Shown here in pieces: positions 36,670-37,747 of a stretch of 37,747 nt of DNA. Position 1 is the first letter of the stretch. Each line of letters starts with the position of its first letter. A model generated the notes under the pieces. That model did no database searches. It saw only the letters and a program-made list of their open reading frames with translations, and was not told the DNA's origin. Position numbers and translations under genes: made by a program. The DNA comes from a virus (Duplodnaviria > Heunggongvirae > Uroviricota > Caudoviricetes). Location of the stretch: the IMG/VR virus record IMGVR_UViG_3300025012_000032; one strand, given 5' to 3'.

Positions 36670-37747
36670 ATGAAACAAGATCGTCAAATTCTTGAGGATA
36701 TTCTTAATTTAGTCATTGAAGATTATGCTAATGACAATCAAATTCAAGAGCAGGTTGTAGGTAAATTATTAGAACGAGGTATACCGAGGGGCAGAACTAC
36801 AGGTATATTCACTAAAGCAATTCCATTGGTTTATGTTGAAGAAATTGAGTTGTGTTTATTCACAAAGTATCTCTATGGGTATACTCATCGAATAGAAATA
36901 AATCCAGATGAGTTTTTTACAGAGATTGAATTGTCTTCTTCAGAATCATATCAAAAGTTAGAAAAAGAAAAGGCTAAATATATTTTGTTACACAATGTTG
37001 ATCAAATAGGTGATAATCAATGGTTATGTACAATGGAAACATATCAGAATATCGGTGTTTATATGGGAAATGGATTATTGACTTATAACCCCAACACTCA
37101 AAGACAACTTCTTAAAAGGAGAAGTGGAAGCAGAATTGTCGAATCTATTAATATTGATAGTGAAAAGGTATTAGAAATAGCTACGTCAATGTTAGATAAT
37201 AGTTTCTGTCCAAATGCAATTATTTGGAATATTCGTAAAATAAATGGACAAAAACAAAAATATCACTATGATTCTAAAGCTAGAACATTGTTAATTGAAC
37301 CAGATAATGTGTCTACTTTGGTGGACATAATTGACGGAGCAAACAGAACTTGTGGTATGCTTAAAACAGTAGAAACTAAGCCTGAGATTAATAGAGTAAC
37401 ATCTATATATATTCATCATGTCACAGAGGAACGTGCCAATCAAATAATTCGTCAAGAAAGTTTGGCTGCTCCCATTGAAAAAGAATGGGTAAACTATAAA
37501 AACACCGCTAACCCAAATATGGAAGTAGCAAAAGCTATAAACAGTCACCAAAGCAAGAATGATATGTTTAATCGCATAGCCTTTAACGAAAAAGAATTAA
37601 AAGTTGAAAACAAATTAATGACATTTGACACTCTATCAAAAACAATTGAGTTTATTTATGATCTTAAAGAAGAACCAGCTATTAGAACAGAAGAAGTTGA
37701 GAATGATATTATTGAAATATTTAATAATGTCATTGGTCTCTATCATT
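36670..37747 (+). CDS. DGQHR/DndB-like (ParB-fold) protein, SPbeta YopQ-like; runs off the window (not in ORF track)
   Basis: AAAGGAGG RBS; MKQDRQILEDIL...FCPNAIIWNIR...LVDIIDGANRTCG, a variant of the IDGxHR motif. Confidence 0.65.
   Translation, partial: MKQDRQILEDILNLVIEDYANDNQIQEQVVGKLLERGIPRGRTTGIFTKAIPLVYVEEIELCLFTKYLYGYTHRIEINPDEFFTEIELSSSESYQKLEKEKAKYILLHNVDQIGDNQWLCTMETYQNIGVYMGNGLLTYNPNTQRQLLKRRSGSRIVESINIDSEKVLEIATSMLDNSFCPNAIIWNIRKINGQKQKYHYDSKARTLLIEPDNVSTLVDIIDGANRTCGMLKTVETKPEINRVTSIYIHHVTEERANQIIRQESLAAPIEKEWVNYKNTANPNMEVAKAINSHQSKNDMFNRIAFNEKELKVENKLMTFDTLSKTIEFIYDLKEEPAIRTEEVENDIIEIFNNVIGLYH

Noticed and set aside
36670-37747. Phosphorothioate (dnd) operon
   Set aside because: Only a DGQHR-like motif is seen, with no dndC/D/E in the window; the phage context favours a YopQ-like regulator.

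Overview
Low-GC (roughly 28-30% by eye) Firmicutes, probably clostridial, large temperate phage or prophage DNA with an SPbeta-like layout. Essentially all real genes are on the + strand. Region 1-30 kb is a dense array of small accessory genes, many of them CxxC zinc-finger microproteins. It is interrupted by a regulation/replication module (XRE HTH, BRO-N antirepressor, AEP-type primase/replication protein). It also carries DNA/nucleotide-acting or anti-defence genes: Lar, NADAR, a DUF5662 HD protein, a radical SAM protein, a C-terminally truncated Dcm, a DEDDh exonuclease, UvsE and a Pth2 pseudogene. Three candidates for undescribed biology stand out. (1) At 32.2-36.5 kb there is an Agr-like signalling locus: AgrB, a DUF5317-like membrane protein, an unannotated 35-aa AgrD-like propeptide, two paralogous kinase-less multi-TM proteins and an HTH-MazF/PemK fusion. 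It lies directly upstream of a DGQHR/DndB-like (YopQ-like) gene, the position arbitrium occupies in SPbeta. (2) At 21.9-24.1 kb two radical SAM genes flank an unannotated 31-aa peptide ending GHCGGSSGGSGHCS, a candidate phage-encoded RiPP. (3) A degenerate palindrome (about TAAAA-N6-TTTTA) recurs at many accessory gene boundaries. Five inactivating lesions suggest a decaying prophage or assembly errors. Family assignments come from motif recognition by eye; no database search was run.
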